A stretch of 64,000 nucleotides of DNA from Lingula anatina (taxonomy: Eukaryota > Animalia > Brachiopoda), in NCBI GenBank assembly GCA_051362555.1, contig CM120641.1:14942001-15006000 (forward strand), given 5' to 3'. Both the position numbers and the translations under genes were made by a program. Within the stretch, counting starts at the first letter, position 1, and each line of letters begins with the position of its first letter. The notes beneath the pieces are model-generated. The model was not told where the DNA came from, did not search any database, and saw nothing but the letters and a program-made list of their open reading frames with translations. Of this stretch, positions 12,206 to 24,758 are shown one piece after another.

Positions 12206-15046
12206 ATCGTAACATTATCACGTATTTTTCCTGATGGAAAATATCATAATTTATGCACACTGATCGAATTATAAAGAAAATCTCCAGATGTAAATAAAGG
12301 TCAGTCAAGTATCACTCATCCCAGGCTGCAGGGCAGATATAGAGAATTGAATGAAGCGCCAGTGATCTGGCAACCCTACAAATTTGTCATAATGATTCAT
12401 GGGCAAACAATAGAAGCATGATATTAACACCTTTTACAGTGTGAATGACGACACCTTATGAGGCTTTTGTTTCTTCCCCTGGGTTGGTATTACAAAGTAA
12501 GTATGTTGACGTAAGTGTGTTGACTTTTGCATGTTCAAAGGAACAATGGAAATGTCATTTCAAAACAAAGAGCCACATTTCCCTACTTAGGTGGCCAAAA
12601 TATTGTCAATGAAACGCAAAAAAGACAAAATCACCAGCTGTTACTGACTGAGTCTAACTCAAATGCAAAAAGGTACGCACAGCGACAAAGCGCTATTGTA
12701 AACAATGACCTGACGATGAGATCAATAAGATGTATAAAATGACTATTTGTACTATAAAACTGTACCCCTGCCCCTATTTGTATATTATTACACACACAAG
12801 GCCACCCTATACCAGAGTTACAGATTGATTTTTCATTACACAGTCTCTTGCACTGAAGAAAAATACTCGTAATTAATTTGCGGCCCTAGTAGAGGGTCTT
12901 CTCTCGCTTTCTCTCAAATCAAAATAAACTAGCAAACATGAAAATTGGCAAAATGTATTAGAATGTAAAGTGTTGCGAACCCTTTAAACAAGGTGAATGG
13001 TAATATGCACGTTTAGACAAATTTTAATTTTAATTTCAATTAAATTTAATTTTAATTAAAATTGATATTACCAAAATTAGTAAATGTCGTTTGCGTCATG
13101 TATCAATATTTTTGCGCATAATAGTACCTACGTTATAAACATTCAGCAAAGATATTTGGAAGGCCGCTCTTTTGTTGTTTATATCAAAGGAAAACTATTT
13201 GATACCCATCGTATCAATCATTATACCATGATAAGAGATTAGCATACTAATTTATGTCCCCAGTAATAATAACTTTAACAATAACAACAAACCTTCCTAC
13301 TGTGCTTTCCGTTGCAAAAACAATTAGCCACGACTGTTTTATATATTAATAGATATTCATAATAATGACAATTTCAAAATCTTCAAAAGTACCGACAGGG
13401 ACACGAACTCCCGTCGGGTAGGTTGCAGACGACTCAACGACGTTAACCGTGGTTCCACCAATTCTATTATTCGCGCATACAGATATCGACAGCTCTGTAT
13501 TGCCGCGCATGCCGAAGCTTTGCGGAAATTGCCGAAGGCTAGGAAAATTCTTCAAAATATACTTTTATTACATTTAATCAAATCCAGACTATCTCCCACT
13601 GCCCTGAGGTATGGCTAAAGGCTTTCAGTTGTCATCAGACTTTGTAATTTGGGAGAAAAAAGTGAAACAGTAACTTCTGGTGATGAATAATAGGTAATAG
13701 TGCTGCAAGGTGTTGTTTTTTATCCCTGATGTACGAGTAGCTTTTTCTACAGTTTCTATAATTCTCTTAACGTATGAAAATATGCAGGTTTTCTGATATA
13801 ATAAGACTTTGATAAAATCAAAACCAATAATACTTTTAAAGTCGAGAGTCGGGATAAATATCGGCAAGGTGGAGATATGTCCCGCCGGCGCCTACGCAAC
13901 AGCAAGACTGAAGGACGCAAGTTACAAAGCAAAACATGTTTAGTCAAGTTAAAGACTTAATTACCGGTTTAACTTCGGCGGCAGTGCCTACTGCTGTGAG
14001 CAACATGCGCTGTCCATCGTAATCCCCCTATCATTAACACTGTCGGGGACGTGCGCATTAGCGCGTCTGATGTAGACAGCGTGTGCTATTAAAGTGACCG
14101 GGGACTTATTAGCTATAGTGTAGAACCTAGGGTACTCAAGGTACGTTTCCGTTTCAATCTGTACACATGCATTAGAACCTACACTAAATCCATGGTGTAA
14201 AAAGAAATGAAAACTTCTTCTTTTTTTTACATTTTGACAACTTTAACCTGGCATTCTGTAGTATAAGCAGTAGCAGCTTTTAGTGGCAGATTCTGAAATT
14301 GGCTTCGGCTACAGGTTTGAGGTGTACGAGACTACTGTCTGATAGTTGAATCTCAGAGAAGAGAATGCTTAAGGAACTTTGGTGGGAATAAAAAGTTAAG
14401 AGGCGACCATATATCGTGTTAACAACTTAAAATACGACATTAGTAAAATTCGATTAATTTATTCAATCATTTCAAGTATTTCACCTACTTTTGAAGTTGC
14501 TATTATTTCATAGACTAAACAAAATATGTCTTTACTATTGCAAATTTTCAAACACAATACAAGAAGATTTAATGCAATCAAACCACATAACATTAGGCTT
14601 TTTAAGATAGCGCTGCTTGTGACACCTCATTGTTATCAAGCACAACCCTTCAGTGTCACAGCTACCACATTGTGCCACATTTTTTTACGTTAAAATTAAA
14701 AAAAAACCAGTAGAACGCATGCGACGACGAAACGTATATTGGCAATCATATCGCATCTTTCCAAGTTAATGCCTTTCGCAAAGTATCTGCATAACACCAT
14801 AGTGTATATAATGCTATACTCGTAGCTTATCCTTCTGTTTTTCTGTCTTATTTTCAAGGTTACATTTCAACAAATATGTGCGCATGCGTACAGAACCCAG
14901 TGTCTAATTGTAGGGGTCCATGTTCCTCCCTACCCAGGTTCTTCTAATATTTCACTTGTCACTGAAGCATGGGAGAGGGAATATAACCACAATCTCACAT
15001 CTTCAGTTCCAACTTGAAAGACCTTTATTAAGTCCAAGCATTCAGC

Positions 15047-15327
15047 TGAATGCATTTGCTGAATCTTTCTTAATCTACCGCCACTGACTCATTATGTCAA
15101 GGACAGTTACACGTACCATACAAAGCTACCCGTTGTCTCAACCGCTGTGGGAATTTATTATGATCGTATTTTAAAGCTAACAGGAGCGACATGTCGCCGA
15201 CTTAATGCTTCACACTGCAGACGACTATCTGGGAACATGTATGGAGCTGCTGAAATCATACTGCCTGATCATATATCAGAGGGTACTAAAAAGCAAGAAC
15301 AAACCGTTCCCGGAGCCTGGACTGCAG
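15047..15327 (+). pseudogene. Degenerate copy of folate-receptor-like exon 1 and its upstream flank
   Basis: Encodes HVADLMLHTADDYLGTCMELLKS[insertion]KSKNKPFPEPGLQ|gtagac, homologous to 40922-41098; the start codon is degraded, there is an upstream stop and a ~30-bp insertion. Confidence 0.9.
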
Positions 15328-15364
15328 GTAGACATGTACATTACTGAACATTCAGCGCTCAGTT

Positions 15365-15892
15365 ATTTAGAGGTTGCTGATTTTAATAACAATAAAATGC
15401 GTTATCCAATCGACCACATTATCGTTTATAACGTAATGACTGCGTTCCTATAAAACCATCGTACAAGCTGGACCGATCAAAATCTGCGGGGCTGCTTACT
15501 TCAATGATTTCAGTGTAAACAGTTTAATTGTCGGGCATGTCCCCTTGAGTTAACTATAGGGGGTAATGAGTAGGGGTGCCAGACATTTAAGCAACTTACA
15601 CTGAATGCAATTAAGAGAGAATCCCCGCAGAGTTAAATTGATCCAACTAGTACAATGGGTTTATGGGAACGCTCCCTATGTCTTAACTTATCAAACAATT
15701 TCTGTGAATGGAATGGAATGGACCTTGGGAAGTATTAGGTAACTCGCTGCAAAAGATGCGTACTCTCGACCTTTCAAGTAACAGTTGTTCAAAAATCAGT
15801 GAGTCGTTCTTATATAATTTTTCTACAACTCAGATTTTACACCTGCATAATAAAAAACTAAAATATTTTGACACTATATAGCGAGTGGTTCA
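15365..15892 (+). pseudogene. TLR ectodomain (central LRR) relic, interrupted by a MITE
   Basis: LEVADFNNNKMRYPIDHIIVYN then, after the MITE, cttaacttatcaaacaat...gaccttgggaagtatta...aaaatcagtgag.cgttcttatataatttttctacaac, matching TLR1 19968-20260; contains frameshifts. Confidence 0.9.
15442..15672. mobile_element. MITE (~230 bp), related to the MITEs at 22.0, 42.3 and 48.7 kb
   Basis: Inverted ends GCGTTCCTATAAAACCATCGTACAAGCTGGA / TCCAACTAGTACAATGGGTTTATGGGAACGC; interrupts TLR homology. Confidence 0.75.
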
Positions 15893-16194
15893 ATGTTATT
15901 GGAAAAGTCTTGATGCAGAATGGCTGTCTTTAGTCCTTTTTGCGCTTGGTAATTTTTATTTATTTTTTTATTCCCCAATAATCTTTGTGTATAATTCGTG
16001 TTTATACTTTTAAAAATACAACTTTTTCGTATCTTGCGTTATACAAATTGTTTAAAAGACAGTGGATTAGTACTTTTGCCCTAAACTGATGAATACCCGG
16101 TAAAGGAGTTCTGTGAAGTCAGTCTAAATGGTGGAAAATCACAACTTTGTCAATAAATCAGTAAGTTTCGATTTTATAAATATCTCATTGGTAA

Positions 16195-16960
16195 TCTTAC
16201 TGGTTTCCTTATTTATCTCAAAGGAAGCAGAAGTGAAAGCGACAGTGGTGAGTCAACTTTTCTGGAATCAATCTGCTTTCAATTCCACAGCAATGTTTAA
16301 CGGCAACGGGGTGGGTCGTGACTATGCACTTTTAAACATATAAACTTTTTCGACTTGTAAAATTAATAATATTGGAATTCAACATGTATCTCCAAAGGAG
16401 GAAGCAATAGTATAGTGAGTCAACTTATCTGTTATCAGTCTGCTTTCAATTCCACAGCAATGTTTGCAGACATAGGGGGTGGGCTTTGAATATCCATTTT
16501 TAAACATTTAAGCTTGTAAAATGAATAATGTTGGAATTCAAATCGCGCTAGAAGATACGTAATGCACAAGCGAAAACAAAATTGGCTGAGGTGGCGGAGG
16601 GGAGAGGGGGGGGGGGGAGTGTACAAGCAAAAGAAAATTTCTTGCCTCCCTCCGCTCGGTAATTGTAAAAACGTCGCACGATCACAATTTACCAATTTAC
16701 AAAGGGATGGAAAATTTCTTTAGATCTGTCTAGTTACTTATATATTTTCTTAGAGGTTGGGGACAGGTTTTAACCTTAAAAGAGGGAGAAGGGGATATCT
16801 TCAATGCAAAGGAAGGAGACACTTGCCTGCTCTGCTCCCCTGTTTCCCCACCCCCTACGGCAATGTGTTGTACTGCATTCAAGCGTACTCTCCTACTTAA
16901 TTTGTTTAAATGAGCGGTCCCCACCTAAATATATCTCTAACATTTCAAGTTGGGTGCATT
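16195..16960 (+). promoter_or_regulatory. Orphan copy of the conserved TLR upstream block (core motif present twice)
   Basis: gtgagtcaactt.tctg..atca.tctgctttcaattccacagcaatgtt at ~16248 and ~16415; also seen at ~18023 (upstream of TLR1) and ~30559 (upstream of TLR3). Function is inferred only. Confidence 0.45.
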
Positions 16961-18804
16961 TTTAGATTGGTGGCGTAAAAGTAAAAGACACAAAAGCAAC
17001 CTGCCTCGGAGGAGATAGTTTTAACTTGAATGGGCACACATGTGAAAATCTACATGTATATGTCCTCAACATTGCTTCGTGTGAGTTTGTTTGTGCTGCT
17101 ACATTTCGAGGGCAATTTGAAGACAATTTAAAAAAGACCCAAATATAGGGAAGCCTGATTTAGGGCTAGGGTCAGACGTTATGTTTGCGTGTATAATATC
17201 TTGGCCCTAAACTTATGCTGTCACATATTATTCTTGTACTAGTACTACCAAAAAAAAAGCAATGAGGGAAATGACTGGAAGACTCCACTATAGTTGTTAT
17301 TCGATACTTCACGTTTGATGATTGGCAGTTTCTATCCAAGAAACGAGGAAGTAGTAGCGGTACCGAAAAACCCCCCATTGAATCGTTATTGATTTATTTT
17401 CGGCGTTAAAGCCTTCCCCCAGATGAAAAATATTTTGAATAGGTTTATACGAGTTCATCTTTCCTAATAGCTTTCTTTTTCCTGGTCTCTTCACGTCAGA
17501 TACTCTCTATTTATGCTACGTCCATCGCATTTCAGTGGCAAATTAAAGTTGCTACAGGTATTAAGGCCTCAATAAACGGTGTTCTTCTGGTTTTTTATGT
17601 CATAACTAACGCGATACAATGAAACTCGATTTTAGACAACTTACATAATTGTAAATTATTCTTTATTGGGCTTTCCTTTTAGCGCTAGGCTATTTTTAAA
17701 AATCGTGATCAATCTTTGTCTATAATTTTCGTTTAAACTTTTAAAAAATATAACTTCGTTATACGTATTGTTCATCTAGATTAAATGATATCCTTTGCTG
17801 GATTTTCTTTAAAAAACGTTTGTCGCAATCCTCTCTTTGCGAAACAGCAAACTTCAGAAATTGGAAGGTAGGTCATTTCTACATAAACATGTATATGTGA
17901 TATACTGTGGAAAGAATTCACAATGAGTTTCGATACAATACGTATCTCTTTGGTTAGCTAACTAGTTTCTTTATTTATCTAAAAGTGAAGCAGAAGAGGA
18001 AGCAAAAGCGAAAGCAATAATAATGAGACAACTTATCTGTTATCAGTATGTTTTCGATTCCACAGCAATGTTTGCAGACATAAGGGGTGGGCTTTGAATA
18101 TCCATCTTTAAACATTTAAACTTTGTCGACTTATAAAATTAATAAATTAATTGAAATTCAAATCACGCTGGGAGATATCTAATGCACATGTCGGGTCGGG
18201 GGAGGGGGATACAAGTAAAGAAAATGTTTTGCCTCGTTCTGCTCGTTGGTTGTAAAACAGTGTACAATCACGATTCACCATGCAGGGTATATGAATGAAA
18301 ACCTTCTTTTGATTAGTCTAATTATTTTTTTCATTTTCTTATTTAAGGGAGGGGAAGGCAAGGAAAAGGGGAAAGGGGTTATCTCCAGTGCAAAGGGGGT
18401 AAGGCACGTGTCTGGTGTGCTCCCCTGCGCCCATGCCCCCAACAGTAATGTGCATTCATACGGTTGGTCCTGGTCATTTTTTATTGAGTACCTAATTATA
18501 TATTTATCATTTGACATATCTAGTAGGGTACATTTTTAGATTGGTGATGTAGAAAAGACCTAAATGATTTCCATTCAAAGCTATTGATCGCCTTAATCGG
18601 CAGGCACTGAATTGAAAACATAGTCAAGCTCGAATATCCTGTTGTCAGGCGAGGAATGAAAAAAAAGAACTGCGCAATTCCATTATAATATTCTTTTATA
18701 ATTACCAGGAAGTATGGGGTTTTGGAAAGAGAGAAGTCGCTGGTATAAAAGAGAATTGCTTTCCAAAAGTAAAGTAGTTTCTGTCCAACTCGACAGCACT
18801 GAGC

Positions 18805-21333
18805 ATGTTGTGTAAAGATTTGATTCTGCTGGTTTTCATCACTGCGCCACTCGGTTGGCGAGTATCTCACAGTCATCGTCATTGTACGATCTATGACGAC
18901 TTACTGCGCCGTGAAGTCCTCTACGACTGCTCGGGTAGGAAGCTTCACGGCGTTCCAGTGGACATCCCGGCCAATGTCACGGCGATCGATTTATCCTACA
19001 ATCGAATCACAAGGATAACGCCGGGTAATTTTGGTCGTCTTCGTAATCTCAGTCGTTTAGACCTGTCGGACAATCGCATAGGAAAACTTGAGTTGGGTGC
19101 GTTTACAGACGTACCCAAACTACGCATGTTGAATCTTCGATCTAACTACTTAAGAATGGATTACGAGTCATTTCCACGAGGCGTTTTTAAAAACCTATCA
19201 CAATTACAATGGTTAGACTTAAAAAACAACACCAACCGTTACCCAAAACCGAAAGAAAACTACCCTGACGAGACCCTCAAAGACCTGACGGGTTTAACAG
19301 AATTATATGTGGACGGACTAAATATGGAGAATTCTGTTCTTGGCCCAGGATTCGCTTCTCTAAAAACATTGAGTTTGTTGGATTTTTCTGGAGATAATGG
19401 ACGCTGCAACCTAAAGAAATTAAGCAAAAATGTATTTTACAATTTACGTAATTCACAGTTGGAGTATCTCGACCTGGCGTATTGTGAACTGTATAAGATT
19501 GATAATTTTACTTTCACTTTTCTTCAAACAATCAAGACTCTTGATATTTCAGGTAACAAATATCTTGGATTAAATAGACTGGGGGGAGTTTTTTATGGAT
19601 TACAAAATTCATCTTTGGAGCGTCTAATATTAAATGCAACAACGTCCCGGGAAAGTAGGACGTACATGTTGTACAGTAGTCGCGTATCCCATTATCTCCA
19701 GAACATTACAACATTAAAACATTTAACTCTGGACAGTAACTCCATATCGGATCTTGAATCAAACACGCATGTGTACTTGGGACATTTAGAAACTTTATCT
19801 CTTTCTGACAACATTTTTCTGAACGCAATCATGCCAGCGTTTGACTTGAGCCATTTGCAACATCTAAAGTACCTCAACTGGAGCTGGACATTTAGATCTA
19901 AACCTGAGGTACAGCTTAAACAATTAGAACGTGGAGAGTTCACGTTTACTATTATTTCCGCCCCCAATTTAGAGGTAGCTGACTTAAATAACAACGACTT
20001 GCAATATCCGCTCAACCACATCATTGTTCATAACGCTACGTCTCTCAGGTTTCTTAACTTATCAAACAATAATTTCTATGAATGGAATGGACCATGGGAA
20101 GTATTAGATAACTCGTTTCGAAAGATGCATACTCTAGACCTCTCAGGTAATAACTGTAGAAAAATCAGTGAGACGTTCTTATATAATTTTTCTACAACCC
20201 ATGTTTTACATCTACAGAATAATAGGCTGGGGTATTCTGACACTATAGCAAATGGTTCACACACAAGTCCTTTTGGGTGGCTTGTCAATTTGACGTATGT
20301 GGATATATCTTCCAACGAAATGGAAAAGTTATCCCCAAATTTGTTCAACAATAATACCAAGCTACAGACAATGATGTTGAGAAACAATTATCTTACTTCG
20401 GATGGATTAAACCTTGACTTGAAAAACATATCTTTCTTGGATCTCGCCTACAATAAACTGGGTTCTCTGAATGCCAAAATGAGGTCTGTATTAGACGACG
20501 TCCAAACACGAGAAAAGTTGGTCAATGTGGTCGTAAATTTGGCGGGAAATCCGTTGCAGTGCACATGTGAAACTGAACAATTTTTCGTCTGGATGCAAAA
20601 AACAAAAGTACAATTTGTCGGTCAAGATGACTATCAATGCACCCTAAAAAATGGAAGCATCGTTAGTATAAAACAACTTTCTGCAATCGTTGGACACCTC
20701 AAAGTCACGTGCGCTTCTAAATTTACTTTGACACTCGTGTCTGTTGTTGTTTCACTTGTTATCATTACTGTTGTCGCGTCTGCGGTGTATTACAGATTCA
20801 GATGGGAAATTAAGTATTTCTTTTATAAATTACGAATAAGACGCAAAGAATACGAAGAAGTTCATGGAGATGATAACTATCAATATGACGCTTTCGTGGC
20901 ATTTAGCAAGGAAGACTACAAGTGGGTGTACAGACAACTGCGACCCAATCTAGAAGACGCAGAAGCCGAGCAAGACCGACTCCGTTTATGTCTTCATCAT
21001 CGTGACTTCCTACCTGGTGAAGACATCGAGGAAAACATTATCCAATCTATTTCACAAAGCAGAAAAACAGTTTTGGTGATAAGCCGAAATTTCGTGCGCA
21101 GCAACTGGTGCTACTTCGAAATGAAAATGGCGCGCATGCGATTGTTTGAAGAGGGAAAAGACGTCCTTGTTCTGATTTTGTTGGAGGACATTCCATTCCG
21201 TGAAATGAATGACACCCTGTTTCATTTGTTTAAATCAAAAAGTTATTTGGAGTGGCCTGACAACCAAAGAGATCAAGACGTTTTTTGGAAAAAGATAAGA
21301 ATGGTACTGAAAAGAAATAATGACGGGGTTTAA
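18805..21333 (+). CDS. Toll-like receptor (single cysteine cluster type), paralog 1, 842 aa, intronless CDS
   Basis: Signal peptide, LRRNT (CSGRKLHGVP), many LxxLxLxxN repeats, LRRCT (NPLQCTC...C...C), TM helix, TIR domain (YDAFVAFS, LCLHHRDFLPG, SRNFVRSNWCYFE, FW). Confidence 0.97.
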   Translation: MLCKDLILLVFITAPLGWRVSHSHRHCTIYDDLLRREVLYDCSGRKLHGVPVDIPANVTAIDLSYNRITRITPGNFGRLRNLSRLDLSDNRIGKLELGAFTDVPKLRMLNLRSNYLRMDYESFPRGVFKNLSQLQWLDLKNNTNRYPKPKENYPDETLKDLTGLTELYVDGLNMENSVLGPGFASLKTLSLLDFSGDNGRCNLKKLSKNVFYNLRNSQLEYLDLAYCELYKIDNFTFTFLQTIKTLDISGNKYLGLNRLGGVFYGLQNSSLERLILNATTSRESRTYMLYSSRVSHYLQNITTLKHLTLDSNSISDLESNTHVYLGHLETLSLSDNIFLNAIMPAFDLSHLQHLKYLNWSWTFRSKPEVQLKQLERGEFTFTIISAPNLEVADLNNNDLQYPLNHIIVHNATSLRFLNLSNNNFYEWNGPWEVLDNSFRKMHTLDLSGNNCRKISETFLYNFSTTHVLHLQNNRLGYSDTIANGSHTSPFGWLVNLTYVDISSNEMEKLSPNLFNNNTKLQTMMLRNNYLTSDGLNLDLKNISFLDLAYNKLGSLNAKMRSVLDDVQTREKLVNVVVNLAGNPLQCTCETEQFFVWMQKTKVQFVGQDDYQCTLKNGSIVSIKQLSAIVGHLKVTCASKFTLTLVSVVVSLVIITVVASAVYYRFRWEIKYFFYKLRIRRKEYEEVHGDDNYQYDAFVAFSKEDYKWVYRQLRPNLEDAEAEQDRLRLCLHHRDFLPGEDIEENIIQSISQSRKTVLVISRNFVRSNWCYFEMKMARMRLFEEGKDVLVLILLEDIPFREMNDTLFHLFKSKSYLEWPDNQRDQDVFWKKIRMVLKRNNDGV

Positions 21334-22018
21334 ATCAGAACGATTGTTTCTAAAATATTGCGCTTATTCAACCTTTTAATGATGCATGCGTTGTTTATTG
21401 GAAAGATCTTCCTGCCTTCAAACACGACTTCTTATTTACTTTTTAATAATGAAACAGGTGGTATTTGCACTGATTCCAATTTTGTAATTCAGATCAGTAA
21501 TGATTACAATGTACTATCAGAGGTATGTTGGGTAAGGACGTCTTTTTTTTTCAAAAATTTTCGCTCGTCAAAAATCTGCACTCAATTAGTTAGAAGAATA
21601 TTTATGCATAAATTTGGAAACATCTCACTGTGATCCTGAGAGGGGATACTGCAATGCACTCTAGAAATAAGTAATATAATCTTTTTTAGTATAGTGAAGT
21701 GTAGTTGAGTTGAGTTTAGTATTATATTGTATAGTTATACTTATTCCAGCACAACTTGATTGAAGACAACTACGCACTTTAAATATATAATTGCAAAATA
21801 CTTTATCTATGAACTATTCTCTTTACGCTAGGATATTTTTTGAAATTCCTGGTTAAACTTTGTGTATAATTTTCGTTTGTTTATATATATTTTAAATATA
21901 ACTTAGATATAACTTTTTGCGTTATACATATTGTTTAAGCAGCAGTGAAGGTGGTCTGCCCTTTATGCCTAAACTCAACTGATTAATTAATTATTATTGT
22001 GAAGTAAGTCTAAGACTG

Positions 22019-22806
22019 GGTTCCCATGCCTAGATCGATCCATCTGGATCGGTCTAACTCCCTGGGGAATCTCACTAAATTGCTATCAACTTGAAGGCTT
22101 AAAGGGATAATAACTCTTCGTTTCGGCCAAAAAATGAGCACATACGTTGTATAAATTACACAGCTCACTCTTTTCATTGAGGTTGTCTACTAATGGAATT
22201 ATCGTGGGATAATTATTGATGCGTTTGTCATCTAACACTAGGACTCAATACTGAGTCACAGACTGGCTTGATATTTCTGATAATACAGTGTTACTTTTGG
22301 GGGTTATGTTAAAGGGATAATAACTCTTCGTTTCGGCCAAAAAATGAATTTTCCTGGAGTAAACAACAATTTTCCCATACTTACCAATGGTTAATGAATC
22401 CATTTTTACATTCAAAGTTAGTCCCTGTTTTTTTTCTAAAAAGTTTGGTCTTTTGTTAAAATCTCCTAAGAGATTATAACAGAGTATAGCCATCAATGGA
22501 GGTTACGTGGTCTAAAGACAAGCTCAGATATTAGAATAATAGCTTTAACTGCCGTTTTTGTGGTAAAAGAGAATATATTATATTTCTATGAGTTATTCAC
22601 AATGTTTTTATTGTGAAATATAGATCTCATACGAAGAGTTATTATCCCTTTAAATGTCTGTCACCCCTACTGAATCATCTAGGGTGTAAAGATAATTACC
22701 CCCTAACAGCTTTACTAGGCTTGACCGATATTTAAGCGGGATAAGCTGATAGCAATTTAGTAAGACTCCCCAGGGAGATAGATCGATCCAAATATCTGTG
22801 GGAATG
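22019..22806. mobile_element. MITE (TAGATCGATC family) carrying nested insertions
   Basis: Inverted ends ..tagatcgatc..ctcccctggggaatctcactaaattgctatca / tgatagcaatttagtaagactccccaggggagatagatcgatc; related to 42282-42491 and 48670-48882. Confidence 0.7.
22103..22649. mobile_element. Kolobok-like non-autonomous element (TTAA TSD)
   Basis: TIR AGGGATAATAACTCTTCGT / ACGAAGAGTTATTATCCCT; TTAA at 22099-102 and 22650-53; RR..YY termini; a second copy of the left end lies at ~22309-22347. Confidence 0.8.
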
Positions 22807-23689
22807 GTCCTTAAAAGGCGAAAAGTTTCCACTGTTATCTTTTTAATCAGAAAGAGTTTCGATTATACATGTATACATAAATAGCAGTAATCACGCTGTA
22901 AAAGGAGAATCAACAACCCCAGGGACGGCCACACCCAATGCCAAAAAAGCCCAGAAGGACCCATACACATCCCCAAGACAGGTTTTTCATTCGCCATAGC
23001 CTTACGTTCCAAACATTAATACAGGTAGATAGCAGAATTTACAATGTCAGATTACATTCATTCACCCCCAGGACCACACCCAAAGTCAAAAAAAAATCCG
23101 AAGTACCCTTCCACATCCCAAGTGATACTGTAGACACGTCTCATGTTCTTAACTCAAATGGCTGATACAATGAGTAGATAGCAGAAACTACGATGTAAAA
23201 ATTGGAATCGATCACCCCCAAGGAGAAGAATGGGACAATATCCCACATAACAGAATTGTTACCCATGTTGAAGGCTTGTCGCGCCGTCTACAGCTAGGAG
23301 ATAATTGCAGTACGCGGTAGACGCACACGCTGTTAGGCACGTGATCTTTAACGAGCACACCCTAATGCTAATTGTGTGTGAATTTGGTGACATTTGATGG
23401 CGTCTTTTCAATTTTATAGACATCTGTTTACATCTGTAGAAGTCACAGTGAAACAGTCGATTTGAGGGGGTACTAAATGGTATAAAATATATACATTTTC
23501 ACCTATTTGGTATTTTTTAAACCATTAATCATGTTAGACACGGTATCCGTAATAAAAAGCACTATATCTAACAATTTACAGCTGTAAGGTGATCATTTGT
23601 AAATATACAATATATTCGTCATAAAGTATACTAAAGGGACAAATGTTGAAATGATCACCATGCAAATATCAAATAAAAAGCTTTTTCAT

Positions 23690-23990
23690 AGGGGAGTCAT
23701 TGGGTGGTAAAATATAAATTTTTTATTTTCTTAATTTCTCATTAAAATTTTCACCTGCAAACTAGTAACAAAAAGTGCAAATGTATCCTCCATTATGCAT
23801 ACTACTATATAAAAGTCATATACTCCAATAAAATAAGATTTATAAAGTTTTGTGGGGGGGGGGGAGTCAAAATTTCATGGGGGGAGTCACATTTTCTTTA
23901 TGAAAATTAGACTGGGGAGTCACATTTTCATAATGAAAATCTGACTGGGGAGTCACATTTTGGGGGAGTCAGATTTTCATGGTACACCTG
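23690..23990. repeat. GGGGAGTCA(CATTTT) subterminal repeats ending in ..TACACCTG; likely the end of a DNA transposon
   Basis: Six GGGGAGTCA copies; no partner terminus identified. Confidence 0.55.
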
Positions 23991-24758
23991 TTCAAAACTA
24001 GTGCAAACAACGATATGTCTGAGCAAACTTCACTGAAACTTACTGCTGCAGACACTTTCAAACGGCGCAAGAACAAAATTTATTAAAAGAACAGGCTGAG
24101 ATACATGTAGTTACACCTTATCTAAAAAATACATAGACATTCCATTTTTTGCAATTATGGGGAAAAGCTAACACAGTAAAAATATTAAAACAAAGCGTTA
24201 TGCGACCTGTTTTCGATATGTTAGAGGACAAAGCCTGCAGTAAAATCGCCTTCGTGCACGATATATTCTTGTGTATAATATCTGTTAGCCTTATTATGGG
24301 CTTTGTCGTTTGCATTCGGCTAACTGTATGGGTTTGGCAAGGGACAATTCATGCAAATCACCGTCATATAGGCCTATCGAAAGACTCTAGCTGATACAGT
24401 TTGGTGACTCTAAAAAAAAAATTACTCGATCAGGGGCCCACAGTGTGATTTTGTATAGTATTTTAGGAGCCTCTGATATCGGAGAGTAGGGTGTTGCCCG
24501 CGTGTGTGTAGTGGGAGGGCGGGGTAAGTTATTACCTTTTTCCATGATAGTGCGTATTATATTTTATCCTTTTCTGGTTATTATAAGCTCTTATTTTCAT
24601 ATAATCTCGTGTATACCCGTGAGTTTAACCGCTGTAAATAATGTCCTCTGTTTTCAGAACTCCCTATAAAAAAAGCCCAGTTCATTGTTTTACCCATTTT
24701 GTCTTGAGACCGCAGCTGGAATAATTTAATTAATGCTCTCAGCTTTCACATCCAAGTA

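Noticed and set aside
13395-13460. Possible tRNA/SINE head on the minus strand (also a B-box-like motif near 63358)
   Set aside because: Boxes are too degenerate and there is no cloverleaf.
19692-20387. Antisense ORFs over the TLRs (also 27770-28638, 32813-33729)
   Set aside because: Shadows of the TLR coding strand; their recurrence reflects paralogy.
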